Positions 51,589-63,953 of a DNA stretch of 64,000 nucleotides are shown here, one piece after another; the stretch's first letter is position 1; every line of letters starts with the position of its first letter. Below the pieces are notes generated by a model. It had not been told where the DNA came from. It did no database searches and worked only from the letters and a program-made list of their open reading frames with translations. The DNA lies in assembly GCF_963921235.1 (NCBI RefSeq), contig NC_086097.1, forward strand, positions 220,722,001 through 220,786,000. Direction: 5' to 3'. The stretch comes from Mobula hypostoma (taxonomy: Eukaryota). The position numbers and the translations under genes were made by a program.

Positions 51589-52059
51589 TACTGTATCTCC
51601 TGTTCGGAGATACAGCTGCTCAAAAGTTGAGAGAGGCTGCAGGTTTGGTGGTCTTCTTCCTGTACCCACTCCCCCATCTCACAGAACGCACTCTCTGGAA
51701 ACTTGGTGCGTGTATTGTGCAATTGACATTGGTAGCATTGGTAGCCAAGAGTAATGGGAAGGCAATAGAAGTATTAAGCAAACACGCTTACATGAAGGTA
51801 GCTAGCGAGAGATTGTACATTTGGAGTTGATGTGATGCTGAAAAAGAGAGGTAACTTGAAACTGTGCAATACTGTAGTTACAAATAAGCGTAGATGGGAA
51901 GCTAACCAAATACAGAAGAAGTGGCCAGCCTGGATAGTTCATGTCATTTGCAAATACAGTGCTGAATTAATCAAGAGGTTAAAATGTGGTTGATTTGCTT
52001 GTTGATCATTTGCCAGTGCTGCGTCCAGTTACTCTGCAGTGCAATGCTTTGATTAGTGA

Positions 52060-52566
52060 TCTTCTAACATCTCTCCGCAGTACACATGCTGACTGGCTGC
52101 ATCATTGTCTGGTATGTGGGGGCGACTGCATGGGTTATAAGTAAGTTTCAGAAACTGGAAAATTAGTCAGCTCCGTCACACGTATAGACTGCATAGTACC
52201 CAAGACATCCCCAAGAAACCATGACTTAGGAGGGTGGCGTCCATCATTAAGGAGTCCCACCACCCAGGACATGCCCTCTTCTCATTGTTGCCATCAGGTA
52301 GGAGATACAGAAACCTGAAGGCACACACTCAGCGATTCAGGAACAGTTCTTCCCCTCTGCCATCTGATTTCTAAATGAACATTGAACACTATTTATTATT
52401 TTTTTAATTGAACTATTTATTTTAACTGAACTATTTAATATACATATATATACTTAATGTAATACATTTTTTTTCTCTCTATTTATCATTTATTTCATTG
52501 CACCGCTGCCACAAAGTTAACAAATTTCACAACACATGCCCGTGAAATTAAACCTGTTTCTGATTC
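52060..52566 (+). mobile_element. Rex/Babar-type LINE 3' fragment
   Basis: caccacccaggacatgccctcttctcattg..gattcaggaacagttcttcccctc..attaaacctgtttctgattct. Confidence 0.72.
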
Positions 52567-52599
52567 TTCGGGTCATGCTTTGGCTGATGAAACAGAATG

Positions 52600-52925
52600 G
52601 GATGGGGGGGGGGAAGTTGTAGTGGGGATGGACTCAGTAGGGAATGGGGGGTGATAGTGGGGAAGAACAGGGTTAGGGAAGGGGGTGATAGTGGGGAAGA
52701 ACAGGGTTAGGGAAGGGGGGTGATAGTGGGGAAGGACAGGGTTTGGGAATGGGGTGATAGTGGGGAAGGACAGGGTTAGGGAATGGGGTGATAGTCGGGA
52801 AGGACAGGGTTAGGAAATGGGGGTGATAGTGGGGAAGGACAGGGTTAGGGAATGGGGGTGATAGTGGGGAAGGACAACAGTAGGGAATGGGGGTTGGTAG
52901 TGGGGATGGACTCAGTAGGGAAGGG
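52600..52925 (+). repeat. G-rich minisatellite, 34-35 bp unit
   Basis: About six copies of ACAGGGTTAGGGAA(T/G)GGGG(G)TGATAGTGGGGAAG(A/G) plus degenerate flanking units. Confidence 0.9.
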
Positions 52926-53744
52926 AGAGAGCATTCCTGTTCTGCTACATTGCAGATTTCTGCAGATTCTTCCAGATCATAGAACAACTGTTCCTTAGAC
53001 TTTTCCTTGACTTCCAGATCTTGATCCAGTAAGACAGAGTCCTCTACTTTGCTACAAAGCCTAACATATGTAACAGGAGACAAATCTGTGCTTCTAATGG
53101 GGCCAAGTCAGAAGTATGAATCATATCTGGCACTGACCCACATCATGAAAATAAGATGAACCTGGATATGCAGTAAAAATGGATTGAGAAATAGTAAAGT
53201 CAGGCACCGGACTCCAGAAAACTGCACAAAATTTGAAACCATTTGTGTCACTGGGTCAACAGGGTTAGAAAATCCATATTTTACATATAAATAGACAAAA
53301 TTTCCATGTGATTCAGTCCATTGGCTATCACTCCAGTTTTTCAAATGCTAAACCACTAGATTTTGAGACAGCGAAGAATCCTGGGAGCAGAGCAGTTGGA
53401 CACTTCAGATTTCCAGAAATATGTATCCCGTGGTGGAGATAAAATCATTCCATGGCTGGTTGTTATTGATTTCAGTCCCATTTATTCCCGATCCTCTGAG
53501 CTGGATTCTGTTACATGTGGCCTGTCTCATTTCATCAGTCAGATTGCCCGCTGACCATCACTTTGGATAAATGGTAACCAATTCTGCTAGCTAAGAGTAC
53601 CCTGATCCAATCAGTACTTGGCCACAATGACTATTTACATATACTGTAAACATCCAGAAACCTCTGTATTTTCTAGTCCATTTGTTGACAATTTTTAAAA
53701 TAATGGCCTATTGCCCCAGCTTATGTTGAAATATGTACACTTTG

Positions 53745-54115
53745 CTAAGTGTGAGGGGAAATTCGATAGAGGTATATAAAATTATGAGGGGTATAGACAG
53801 GGTAAATACAAGCAGCCTTTTTCCACTGAGGTTGGGTGGGACTAAAATTAGAGGTCGTGGGTTAAAGGTAAAAGGTGAAAAGTTTAAGGGGAACATGAGG
53901 GGAAACTTCTTCACTCAGAGGGTCGTGAGAGTGTGGAATGAGCTGGCAGTGCATGCCAGCTTGATATCAACGTTTAAGAGATAATTTGGATAGGTATATG
54001 GATGGTAGAGGTAGGGACGGCAATGACCCTGATGCAGGTCAATGAGAGTAGGTAGTTTAAATGGTTTGGCACAGACTAGATGGGCCGAAGGTCCTGTTTC
54101 CATGCTGACTCTGTG
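53745..54115 (+). mobile_element. CR1-type LINE 3' fragment
   Basis: RGNSIEVYKIMRGIDRV..LFP..RGRGLKVKGEKFKGNMRGNFFTQRVVRVWNEL = CR1 ORF2 C-terminus. Confidence 0.88.
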
Positions 54116-55217
54116 ACTCCACTCAACTTGAATGTTATTTAATACATCCGTATCCACAATTTCCTGACATTTGGATGTATCCAAAATGATTAATTATGAA
54201 GGAAGCAACTTCATAATCTTCTTATTAAAATATTTATAAGAAGAAAAAAGTCTGATAAACATATTAAAATAGTTAAACACACTGCAGCAAATACTAAATA
54301 ATTCTGCAGTTTAACTTATTCTTACCTCCCTCATTTGTAGCTGTACAATCTCTATTGAAATAACTGGTCTTATAGATCCTGTGCTAAATCTAAACAGGTG
54401 CAGGAGCTCTGAGTAGATTCCCTGGATGGAGAATCTTACTAAATTTTTCCTTTGTTGTTGGACACAATGTAGATTGTATTTCAATTCCTCAAATTCAGCA
54501 GATCTGGGTTTGAACATGCGTGCACTCAAGTCCTGAACTTGCTTTCGTTTAGGGAGATAAATACTGGCAGTTTGCCATCAAGTTGTTAGTATCTGGCAGT
54601 AGTTTGGCTATTGTCTCCAGCAACAAATTTGTAACTTCAAAACAGCACAGTGTGCTTTAGATTACAGATACCAAGAAACCTTTCGCTGCGTTTACACAAA
54701 TAGATTAATTTATGATCCATTTATGAAGTATCACTGAAAGAAACTGCATATTCAAATTTTAAAAAGGTTTGTAAAGGACTCTTAATTATACTTTCCCAAT
54801 ACATTGCTCACATTTTGTTTCAAACCCTTGCAGAAGAAAGCGGTTTAACTACTTACTTTATTTACAGTATATTTAAGAATACTGGTGAGTATTAAACAGC
54901 ACTATCTGAAGCTAGACAAACTGAAAGGAGAGGGGAAAAGCTTCCGCATTATTCTCAGCTCATGGGAACGCACATGAACATGAACAGTTTTGGTCCTCTG
55001 ATCTATTTTTCAGCCAATGGGATTAGTCACAAAGTTGATAGTTAGTGACTTTGTATAAGCGGCTTTACTGAACTTCGCACAGGACGGGAGTAATTGTGAT
55101 TGTGGAATTTAACCCTGGATACTTGACAACGTGATTTTTGCCATGTGTTGAATTTTTTAGCCTTGATATTTGGATTTTACATTCAACAGACTGCCAGCTG
55201 GTGTAAAGAATATATTT

Positions 55218-55890
55218 CAGAATCGGAATCTGGTTTAATATTACTGACAAATGTCATGAAATTTGTTAACTTTGCAGCAGCATTACAATGCAATATATGA
55301 TATATATATAGAAAAAACCCTGAATTACTTTAAGTATACATGTATATTAAATAGTTAAGTTAAAATAGGTAGTGTAAAAACAGAAATTAAAAAAATAGTG
55401 AGGTAGTTGTCTCTGCTCCCCACACCAGACAGCAATGCAGCCAGTCAGAATGCTCTCCACGGTACATCTGTAGAAGTTTTTGAGTGCTTAGGTGACAAAC
55501 CAAATCTCTTCAAACTCCTAATGAAATATAGTTGCTGTCTTGCCTTCCTTATAGCTGCATTCTTATGTCGGGACCAGGTTTGATCCTGAGAGATCTTGAC
55601 ACCCAGGAACTTGAAGCTGCTCACTCTCTCCACTTCTGATCCCTCCATGAGGATTGGTCCGTGATCCCTTGTCTTACCCTTCCTGAAGTCCACAACCAGC
55701 TCTTTGGTTTTACTGACGTTGCGTGCAAGGTTGTTGCTATGACATCACTCAACTAGCTGATATATCTCACTCCTGTACGCATTCTCGTCACAATCGAAGA
55801 TTCTGCCAACAATGGTTGGCTTTTGAGCTATGCCTAGCCTTATATCATGGGTGTAGAGAGAATAGAGCAATAGGCTAAGCACACACCCCT
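55218..55890 (-). mobile_element. Rex/Babar-type LINE fragment with internal deletion
   Basis: VDFRK..PILMEGSEVERVSSFKFLGVKISQDQTWSRH..RKARQQLYFIRSLKRFG RT C-terminal motif; 3' tail cagaatcggaatctggtttaat. Confidence 0.8.
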
Positions 55891-56419
55891 GTAGTGATTG
55901 CCCTATATCGTCTCCACTTCAGAACCAACTCAAGTTATCAGCCTGCAGAAGCAATGATTGTAAATGTACATGTTTGGAAGCCAAGCTCCAAATTATCAAT
56001 CACTCTCTTATTAAAGCATATATAAGAATGGATCTCGATTCATCCACAATCAAACGTTCATTACCAGCTATCCCCCCAGCTATTCAACATTATTCCTGCT
56101 ATATTCATTCATTCATTATGTGCTGTGTGATTTTTCTGGGCAGTGTCTTTACAGGACAGGTGACCCCAGCCGCTACTGATATTCTTCAGAGATTGTCCTC
56201 CTGGCGTCAGCGGTTGCATAACCAGGACTTCTGATACGCACCAGCTGCTCGTACAACCATCTACCACCTGCTCCCATGGCTTCATGTGACCCTGACCGAG
56301 GGGACGGAGGCTAAGCGGGTGCTACACCTTGCCCAAGGATGATCTGCAGGCTAGTAGAGGGAAGGACTGCCCTACAGCTCCTTTGGTAGAGACGTATCTC
56401 CACCCTGCTATATCACACC

Positions 56420-57560
56420 TCGATAATGGATGTAATGTTGAGACTCTATACAGCACTGTTGAGGTCTCACTTGGAGTATTGTCTGCAGGTTTGGGCACCT
56501 TACCTTAGAAAGGATGTGCTGAAACTGGAGAGGGTTCACAAGAGCTTCACAAGAAAATGATTCCAGGATTGAATGGCTTGAGAGCGTTTGATGACTCTGG
56601 CAGACATCCCACCCTGCAAGAACTCATTTCAGGGAGGTAGCACCATCAATTTGCCGGAGACTTCCAGGAGAGGTGGGATGTCTGCAATAGAGTAGCTCCT
56701 TAGCAGCTGGCCAGCTAGTTTAAATAACGTTAGCTGTGCTAATGAACAAATGACACCTGTTAAACTCACCTCAACACGTCTTTTACAGTCTTAACCCACC
56801 ATGGGCAATAGAAAAGTCACTGTTGCAAACAGTGCAGTGAGCAACACTGTCATTATTTTTGACCCCTATTTGGCAGAGGTACACTTTAGTGTAGTCTGAG
56901 GTGACGTACATTTTATATTCTCTTTTTTTGGAACACTCTGCCATGGTGCGCTCTCTCTCTCTCTCTCTCTCTCGTGGTCGCTCGCTCTCTCTCATGCTCT
57001 CTCTCGTGGTCGCTCTCGCGCGCTCTCTTGGTCCCTCTCACGCTCTCTCTCTCTCTCAAAAAAGTTGGCTTCCGGGACATTGTATATAATTTGCGGGCAT
57101 CAGGGAGCCACTATTAATATGCGGGAGACTCCCGGAACTTCAGGGAGAGGTGGGATGTCTGCTCTGGGTCTATAGTCACTAGAATTCAGAAGAATGACGG
57201 GTGACCTCATGGAAACCTATCGAATGGTGAAAGGCTGATAAAGAGGATGTTTCCTGTGGTGGGAAAGTCTAAGCCCAGAGGGCACAGTCGCTGAATAGAG
57301 GGCTGTTCTTTTAAAACAGAGATGAGGAGGAACTTCTTTAGTCAGAGGGTGGTGAATTCTTTGTCACAGTCAGCTGTGGAGGCAAAGTCTTTATGTATAT
57401 TTATGGCAGATGTTGATAAATTCTTGAGTGGTTAGGGCATGAAGGGATTCAGGGAAAAGGCAGGGGATTGGGGCTGAGAGGAAAATTGGATCAGCCATGA
57501 TTAATGGCAGAGCAGACTCAATGGGCCAAATGGCCTAATTTTGCTCCTATATCTTATAGT
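56420..57560 (+). mobile_element. CR1-type LINE 3' fragment interrupted by a DNA transposon
   Basis: LYTALLRSHLEYC..W.PYLRKDVLKLERV; continues after 57167; CR1 tail ctcctatatcttatagtctta. Confidence 0.85.
56601..57161 (-). mobile_element. hAT-like non-autonomous DNA transposon with BED zinc-finger remnant
   Basis: TIRs CAGACATCCCACC / GGTGGGATGTCTG; 6-bp TSD CTCTGG; minus ORF ..SVAHCTVCNSDFSIAHGG (BED-finger-like); (CT)n-rich tract. Confidence 0.8.
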
Positions 57561-57789
57561 CTTATAATAAATCTCATTGGAGATCCTGGAAAGCTTATCT
57601 CAGGAAATAGCTCTTTAAGAAGGTAGACATAGAGTTATAAAGTCATAGAGCACTGAAGCACAGAGAGGGGCCCTTCAACTCATCTAGTCCATGCTGAACT
57701 ATTATTGGCCTAGTGCCATCGGCATATTTACCCTCCATACCCCTCCCACCAAAGTACTCTTCTGGGCAGCTGTGTTCCACATTCTTCAA

Positions 57790-58345
57790 TGCACATTTGG
57801 GACTTGGCATATTTCCAGCAATCATCTTAAAGAGCTTAAGTAGATGCTATCAATGCCATCTCCGCAGACTCCTCCAAATTCACAGGTTTGCCAACCAAAC
57901 CAGTTCCACATTCCCATAAGTGAATCACTAACTACACTCAATAAGTTTGTATTCTTGACACTGTGCTCCCAGTACAGGCATTCTATTCCAAGCTTCATCA
58001 GGACAAGTGAACACCAGGGGTCATGGGAAACAACCTTAGGATGTTCTCAGAAAGTGCAACATTCCTACTCTTTGTGGGCAATCCTAGCCCAGGACTGCTC
58101 GAAATGGAAGAGGACCATTCAGGAGATTGCTGAGAAACTTGAATCCCTTAGTCAGAAGCCCAACAGGAACAGCGGAAGGAATGAACTGTTCACCAACCTC
58201 TCTGTCTGTAGCAAAGTTTACAGGACTACGGGAGCAGTACAGGATAGCATATCGGCCTCACTAACCACTCCAGAATCCATAGAACAGGAATGGAAGCAAG
58301 TCACCTTCCATCATGAAAGATTGCCTAAAAGGAGGAGAAGAAATT
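57790..58345 (+). mobile_element. RTE-clade LINE 3' fragment
   Basis: CLRRLLQI-like motif (CHLRRLLQIH), W..LAQD.SKWKRTIQE, and 3' tail ggaagcaagtcacc..gattgcctaaaaggaggagaagaa. Confidence 0.65.
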
Positions 58346-58709
58346 ATTTTTAGAAGGAACACTTTTAGTTGCCAAAACATAGCGATATTTGTTTGCAAAA
58401 GGGAAAAAAACAAATATTAAAGTAACTATGCAAGGGAAACTTATTTGCCCTGATTTACCCACATGGTATGCATTCAGTTGAATTTGTACATTTGAACACA
58501 TCGAGGAACACTAATTTCAAAGGTTTTACTTCACCGGGAAATTGTAGTGGACTGCCACCTACTGGTATCTGACAGAGATAACTCAGAGTTTGGTGACAGA
58601 AGAGCGATTACTCTCAAGATTACAACAACTGTAAACTTTCATGTTTCAAGCTGAACACAAGAGCAAAATTCACTCTTCTTCTGTATGTATAGCACCAAGT
58701 ATTAAGCTT

Positions 58710-59525
58710 TCAAAGGTACATTTAATGTCAGAGAAATGTATACAATATACATCCTGAAATTCTCTTTTTCGCAACCATCCAGGGAAACAGAGTGCCCCAA
58801 AAAATGAATGACAGTTAAATGTTAGAACCCCAAAGCTCTCCCCTCCCATACATAAGCAGCAGCAAAGCAACGGTCCCCCTCCCCCACCAGCCAAAATAGC
58901 ATCGGCGCCCACCTGCCCCCCACCATCGAGCACTCAACCGTGCAGCAAACCATCAATAAAGACACAGACTTACAGTACCCCAAAGACTACTCGTTCACCC
59001 GGTAATTCGACATACTACAGGCTCTCTCCCTAATCAGGGAAAAAGAGATGTCTCCATTTCACAGTGAGAGGGGAGACATAACAAACAACTCGCTGATTTA
59101 CGATTTTAAAAGTCTGTTGCGTCACTTTTTCTGAGCTCTGTGCCCAAAGAACACGGGTCTCTGGGCACACAGCCAGCAGTCAGCTTGCTGCTTTCGATCT
59201 TCTGTCTCCCACGACACACCAGTTTCCTGCGGAGGCACTGACCTCGAATCTGCCTGCCTCCAGAGCCACAAAATCCTGGAACGCTGAAGGCGCGCTAGTC
59301 TACTAGGCCGCGTCCTTCGTATATCGAATAGCGGCCAGCCGTGATACCCCGAGAGCGGGTCCCATTCCCTCAAAGAACCAAAGTCAGCATGTAGCTTCAG
59401 GTCAGGATCTTCAAAAGAACCCTGAAAGGGAAAAATAGAGGTATTAAAGATAGAGATAGAGCTGTTTCCAAAGGAGCAAGCAAAGGAGTTGCCGTTAGGC
59501 ACCATTAGCCCTCCTAAGCTCCACC
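58710..59525 (-). mobile_element. Non-autonomous retroelement of similar architecture to 50910-51588
   Basis: GC/CpG-richer block; minus 5' end GGAGCTTAGGAGGGCTAATGGTGCC; 3' end tctctgacattaaatgtacctttgaaa. Confidence 0.5.
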
Positions 59526-61054
59526 TAGGCACTAGAACAAGCAAGGTAATATAGGGAGAACTCCACAGTTGATGTGCGTCTTCACAAAAGAAGAGAATGA
59601 AATTAGTGGGCTCAGTCTTTCTGAATTTGCATCTATTACCTCCAATATCCTCTACTGACCGCCCTATCATAGACATTTGTTTGTGTTGCTCTGAAACAAC
59701 TTTAAATGCAAATGCCAAAACTGCATCTTTGCTATCCATCATCAAATCTTATGACAGAATTTTAATGATTTTAAATGTTTCTGACATTCAAAATCTATTC
59801 CAATGAAGGTAAATCGAGGTTAAAGTTTAAAGCATTAAAAAATAGAAATCTAAAAACTGTAAATGTTTATGAATAATTAAGCATTCAGCTGAACCATTTT
59901 TGAACAGTAAGCTATCTGTTTTTCACTTTGCCTGATAACCACAACACAACACTCTCAAAGGAATCCAGCGGTAATGTCATTCAGTAAGTATGGGACTGAG
60001 CATTTGGCAATATACAAGTGAAAGTCCCTGATTGACTGCCTTTTAGGCAGCTATAGGCCTGTGGTTTATTCATAACCACTGACATTTGCTATTGAGATCT
60101 GACTCAATGTTGCTTTAGGGGCAAGTATGTGTTAAAGAGAGTGATGTAACAGAGAGTCATACAAAACTGATGAGGTACATATGTGATGGGTATTCACTTC
60201 TTGGCCAGGATATTCTCTTTCTTGTTTTTTTGCTAAGCTTGCTTTCTAAACAAACAACTGCCTCTTGTAAGATCAAAAACTGATGTAAGCAAACATTCAA
60301 CTAGCAGTTGTTTGACTTCAGGTTGCAAAGGGAAGTCAGTCTTCAGTTCATGAAATGTAAATAACAAGCACTAATCAGCTCGAGGTTAAAACAAGCACTC
60401 TTTGTAGAGAAGTTTTGTAAATAAGCTCTGCATTTTAAAGACACTCTGTCTGTAAAGAGTGTCTACACCTGCTTTGTTATTGCTCAAGTATAGAGTATAA
60501 GACAATGCTTGTTTAATTTGGGTTGTTTCAAACAGACAAACTGACTCTTAAATTGCTTAGCTCAAGGAAACGCAGAACAAATGGATAATATGATTTGGCA
60601 TATCAATAACTAATGTGTTTATAGTTGAGAGGTTTATGTATTTTACAGCAAAAATAGTAGCTAGCTATGTCTCAAAAAGATGGTTTTAAACCGTTCGCAT
60701 GTTAAAAGGATATCTGAGGAATATCACGTTTCTGAAGTCACCCAAGTTGCTGAAAAATGTATAAATATAAAGAGAAGTTCAGGCTTATTAGGAATGGGGT
60801 AAAGGACATCAAGAAGTTATGGAAGAAACATGGAAGAAGTAGAATCCATTCCTCCAGCTTCGGTTTCATCGACGGAAAATTTGTTAGCTGCATCATGGTA
60901 TACAGCTACCTTTTTAGATGATAAGAACTATACCTTTGCTTTGGAAAATCTTTGTTCTTTATGCTTCACTCTGTGGTTACTTTTATTGTTTGCATGATTT
61001 GTTTTTCTCTCTGCACATTGGATGTTTGACGGTCTTTTTTTAATGAGTTCCATT

Positions 61055-61951
61055 CTGGGTGACAACCGTGAAAAGAGTGGTTACGACTGGAGAGTCAGTG
61101 ACAACCCGGAGAGACGGCAACCGGGGCAGAACGGGCTGGCAACCCAATCTGCGTCCTCTGAGAGGAGGACCCCCACAAAAGCTACAAAGAATCTAAGGAA
61201 AAGATACCCCCAGGGGTGCCCGAGAGGGGGGGAGGATGAGCACCCCAGTTGGATGGACACAACGACATCAGACCCAGGCAATGAATAAACAACGATGAGG
61301 AAGCAGTGTGCATGTGGCAAAATCTGCAAGAACGATCGCAGCTTGAAGATCCACCAAGGGAGGATGAAGTGTTTGGCGGGAGCAGGAGCAGCACAACGCG
61401 CAGGTGTCCAACTTGGTGAGACGAAGGAGGGGCCAGGCCCGGAGTCACCCCATAGTGCCCGGAACCTCCAAGTGTTGCAAACTAATCCCTCGAACATGAA
61501 GTCTAACAGGAGGCGGATCAAATGGCCTGCAGCTAACATGACTTCACTGTGGAAGCTGCTTGATGAAGATGTTAACCAAATTCTGGATGCAACGGCGAAG
61601 GGAGGGGTTGATAGGAAGCTGGTCTCCCAGTGGACGCTGGTTGTAGGGGATTTGTAGCCCATTCTTTAATTAGAGCATTCAGCATTTTGGGCATCGAGGG
61701 AGAGAGGAAGAGGAGGGCCATCCGCAGTACCACCGATGCGGCAGAGAGAGCCTCAAGATGACTGTGGCTCAAAAGAGGGGAGCCATGGAGTCATAAGTAG
61801 CTAGCCATCTGGACACAAGCTGGGCTCTGATCAGCTCTGGCTGAGTCACCTAGAGGAGGTTGTATGATGTTGAAAGACCCGAAACACCCGATGATTCCAG
61901 GAACATCACTTAAGATGTGTCCAGAAGCATCAATAGATGTATGTACACAGC
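61055..61951 (+). mobile_element. Internally deleted HERO-type (R2-group, restriction-like endonuclease) non-LTR retrotransposon
   Basis: N-terminus CACGKICKNDRSLKIHQGRMKC..ESPHS..RRRIKWPAAN..W..LDEDV fused to C-terminus PVDAGCRGFVAHSL..LGIEG..RRAI..AAERASR*LWLKR; nested in a LINE 3' tail (~60960-62050). Confidence 0.8.
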
Positions 61952-62320
61952 TTGAGTTTCTTTGTTTTGTGACTGCCTGTAAGCAAGTGAATCTCAAGGT
62001 TTTATATAGTATACATACTTTGATAATAAATGTACTTTGAACTTTGTATTTGAGAAATGCTTGTACTTTGTGCTTTGGAAATGGAGCAAAAATGCAAAAT
62101 ACGGAACCAGCAGACACACACGGCACATTTAATTATGAAAGCAGAAAAACATACAGTTACAAAAATATTTTAAAATTATTTAATAATATAGCCCCAGTCT
62201 CTGAGTGTCCTGCTGTATAGATTGATGATGCATGGATGTTCTCCTGAAACCAGTTTCTGCAAGAGCTGCCCCCAGCAGTTCCTCATATCACGCAGTATAA
62301 TCACAAAGAAAGCAATCCAG

Positions 62321-63140
62321 CTCACCACCATTCAGGGCCCCAGACAGTCCTTCCAGGTGACCCGACACTTCACCTGTGAGTCGGCTGGGGTGATATACTG
62401 TGTCCGGTGGTCCTGGCGTGGCCTTCTATATATTGGTGAGACCCGACACAGGCTGGGAGAACGTTTCTCTGAAACCTACGCTCTGTCTGCCAGAGAAAGC
62501 AGGATCTCCCACCGTCCACACATTTTAATTCCATGTCCTATTCCCATTCTGATATGTCAATCCATGGCCTCCTCTACTGTCAAGATGAAGCAACACTCAG
62601 GTTGGAGGAACAACACCTTATATTCCATCTGGGTAGCCTCCAACCTGAAGGCATGAACATTGATTTCTCTAACTTCCGTTAATGCCCCTCCTCCCCTTCT
62701 TACCCATCCCTTATTTATTTATTATCCTCCCCCCCAGTTTTTCCTCTCTCTCTCTCTTTTTTCTCTCCCTGTCCCACTCACAATCACTCCTTGACTGCTC
62801 TCCATCTTCCTCTGGGCTCCCCTCCCCCTTTCTTTCTCCCTAGGCCTCCCATTCCATGATCCTCCCCTTCTCCAGCTTTGTATCCCTTTTGCCAATCAAC
62901 ATCCCAGCTCTTGGCTCCATCCCTCCCCCTCCTGTCTTCTCCTATCATTTTGGATCTCCCCCTCCCCCTCCAACTTTCAAATCTCTTACTATCCCTTCTT
63001 TCAGTTAGTCCTGACGAAGGGTCTCGGCCAGAAACGTCGACTGTACCTCTTCCTATGGATGCTGCCTGGCCTGCTGCATTCCACCAGCAGTTTGTGTGTG
63101 TTGCCCGAATTTCCAGCACCTGCAGATTTCCTCATGGTTG
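62321..63140 (+). mobile_element. 5'-truncated Penelope-like element (frameshifted GIY-YIG + 3' region)
   Basis: LTTIQGPRQSFQVTRHFTCESAGVIYCVRWSWRGLLYIGETRHRLGERF; colinear with 45682-46499. Confidence 0.9.
63002..63043 (+). ncRNA. Hammerhead ribozyme motif
   Basis: CAGTTAGTC-CTGACGA-AGGGTCTCGGCCA-GAAACGTC-GACTG (stem II weakened). Confidence 0.7.
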
Positions 63141-63574
63141 CAGCTTGCCTTCCACTGAGCAAACACTGGAGGTCAACACCGATGGAGGGGCCGGCCCCCA
63201 ACCCAGTGCAGAATCCAGCACCCAGCATCTCCTCTTGCAGCACCTGAAACAGGCCACGCAGCAACCCTAACCAGAGCCAAAAATAGAGAGGAGACAAACA
63301 TATTTTAAGTTGCAGAGAGCCAGATAGTTGGACAAGGCAAAGGGAATGTCAGTGACAGGATGGACACTAAGGTTGTCCAGGAAAGATTTAGGTTCATTTA
63401 TTTATCACATGGGTATTGAAACATACAGTGATATATGTTGTTTGCATTAACAGAAGTAAAGGGGTTATATCTCAATACATGGAGTATAAGAAAGAAGGTG
63501 GATGATCTTTTTGCACTTTTACAAATTGTCAGGTATGATGCTGTGCCCATCACTGAATCGTGGCTGAAGGATGG

Positions 63575-63953
63575 TTGACATATAAAATCCTAAAGGGATT
63601 GGACAGGCTAGATGCAGGAAGATTGTTCCCGATGTTGGGGAAGTCCAGAATGAGGGGTCACAGTTTAAGGATAAAGGGGAAGCCTTTTAGGACTGAGATG
63701 AGGAAAAACTTCTTCACACAGGGAGTGGTGAATCTGTGGAATTGTCTGCCACAGGAAACAGTTGAGGCCAGTTCATTGGCTCTATTTAAGAGGAAGTTAG
63801 ATATGGCCCTTGTGACTAAAGGGATCAGCAGGTATGGAGAGAAAGCAGGTACAGGGTTCTGAGTTGGATGATCAGCCTTGATCATACTGAATGGCGGTGC
63901 AGGCTCGAAGGGCTGAATGGCCTACTCTTGCACCTATTTTCTATGTTTCTATG
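63575..63953 (+). mobile_element. CR1-type LINE 3' end
   Basis: YKILKGLDRLDAGRLFP..RGHSLRIKGKPFRTEMRKNFFTQGVVNLWNCLP; terminal repeat ttctatgtttctatg. Confidence 0.9.

Noticed and set aside
52600..52925. CRISPR-like array, telomere array, or proline-rich CDS (52673-53083)
   Set aside because: Contiguous tandem units without unique spacers; only one TTAGGG per unit; the ORF is just the repeat translation
59122..59745. Longest ORF in the track (207 aa, minus)
   Set aside because: Straddles the boundary of a putative repeat and flanking AT-rich DNA; no domain signature
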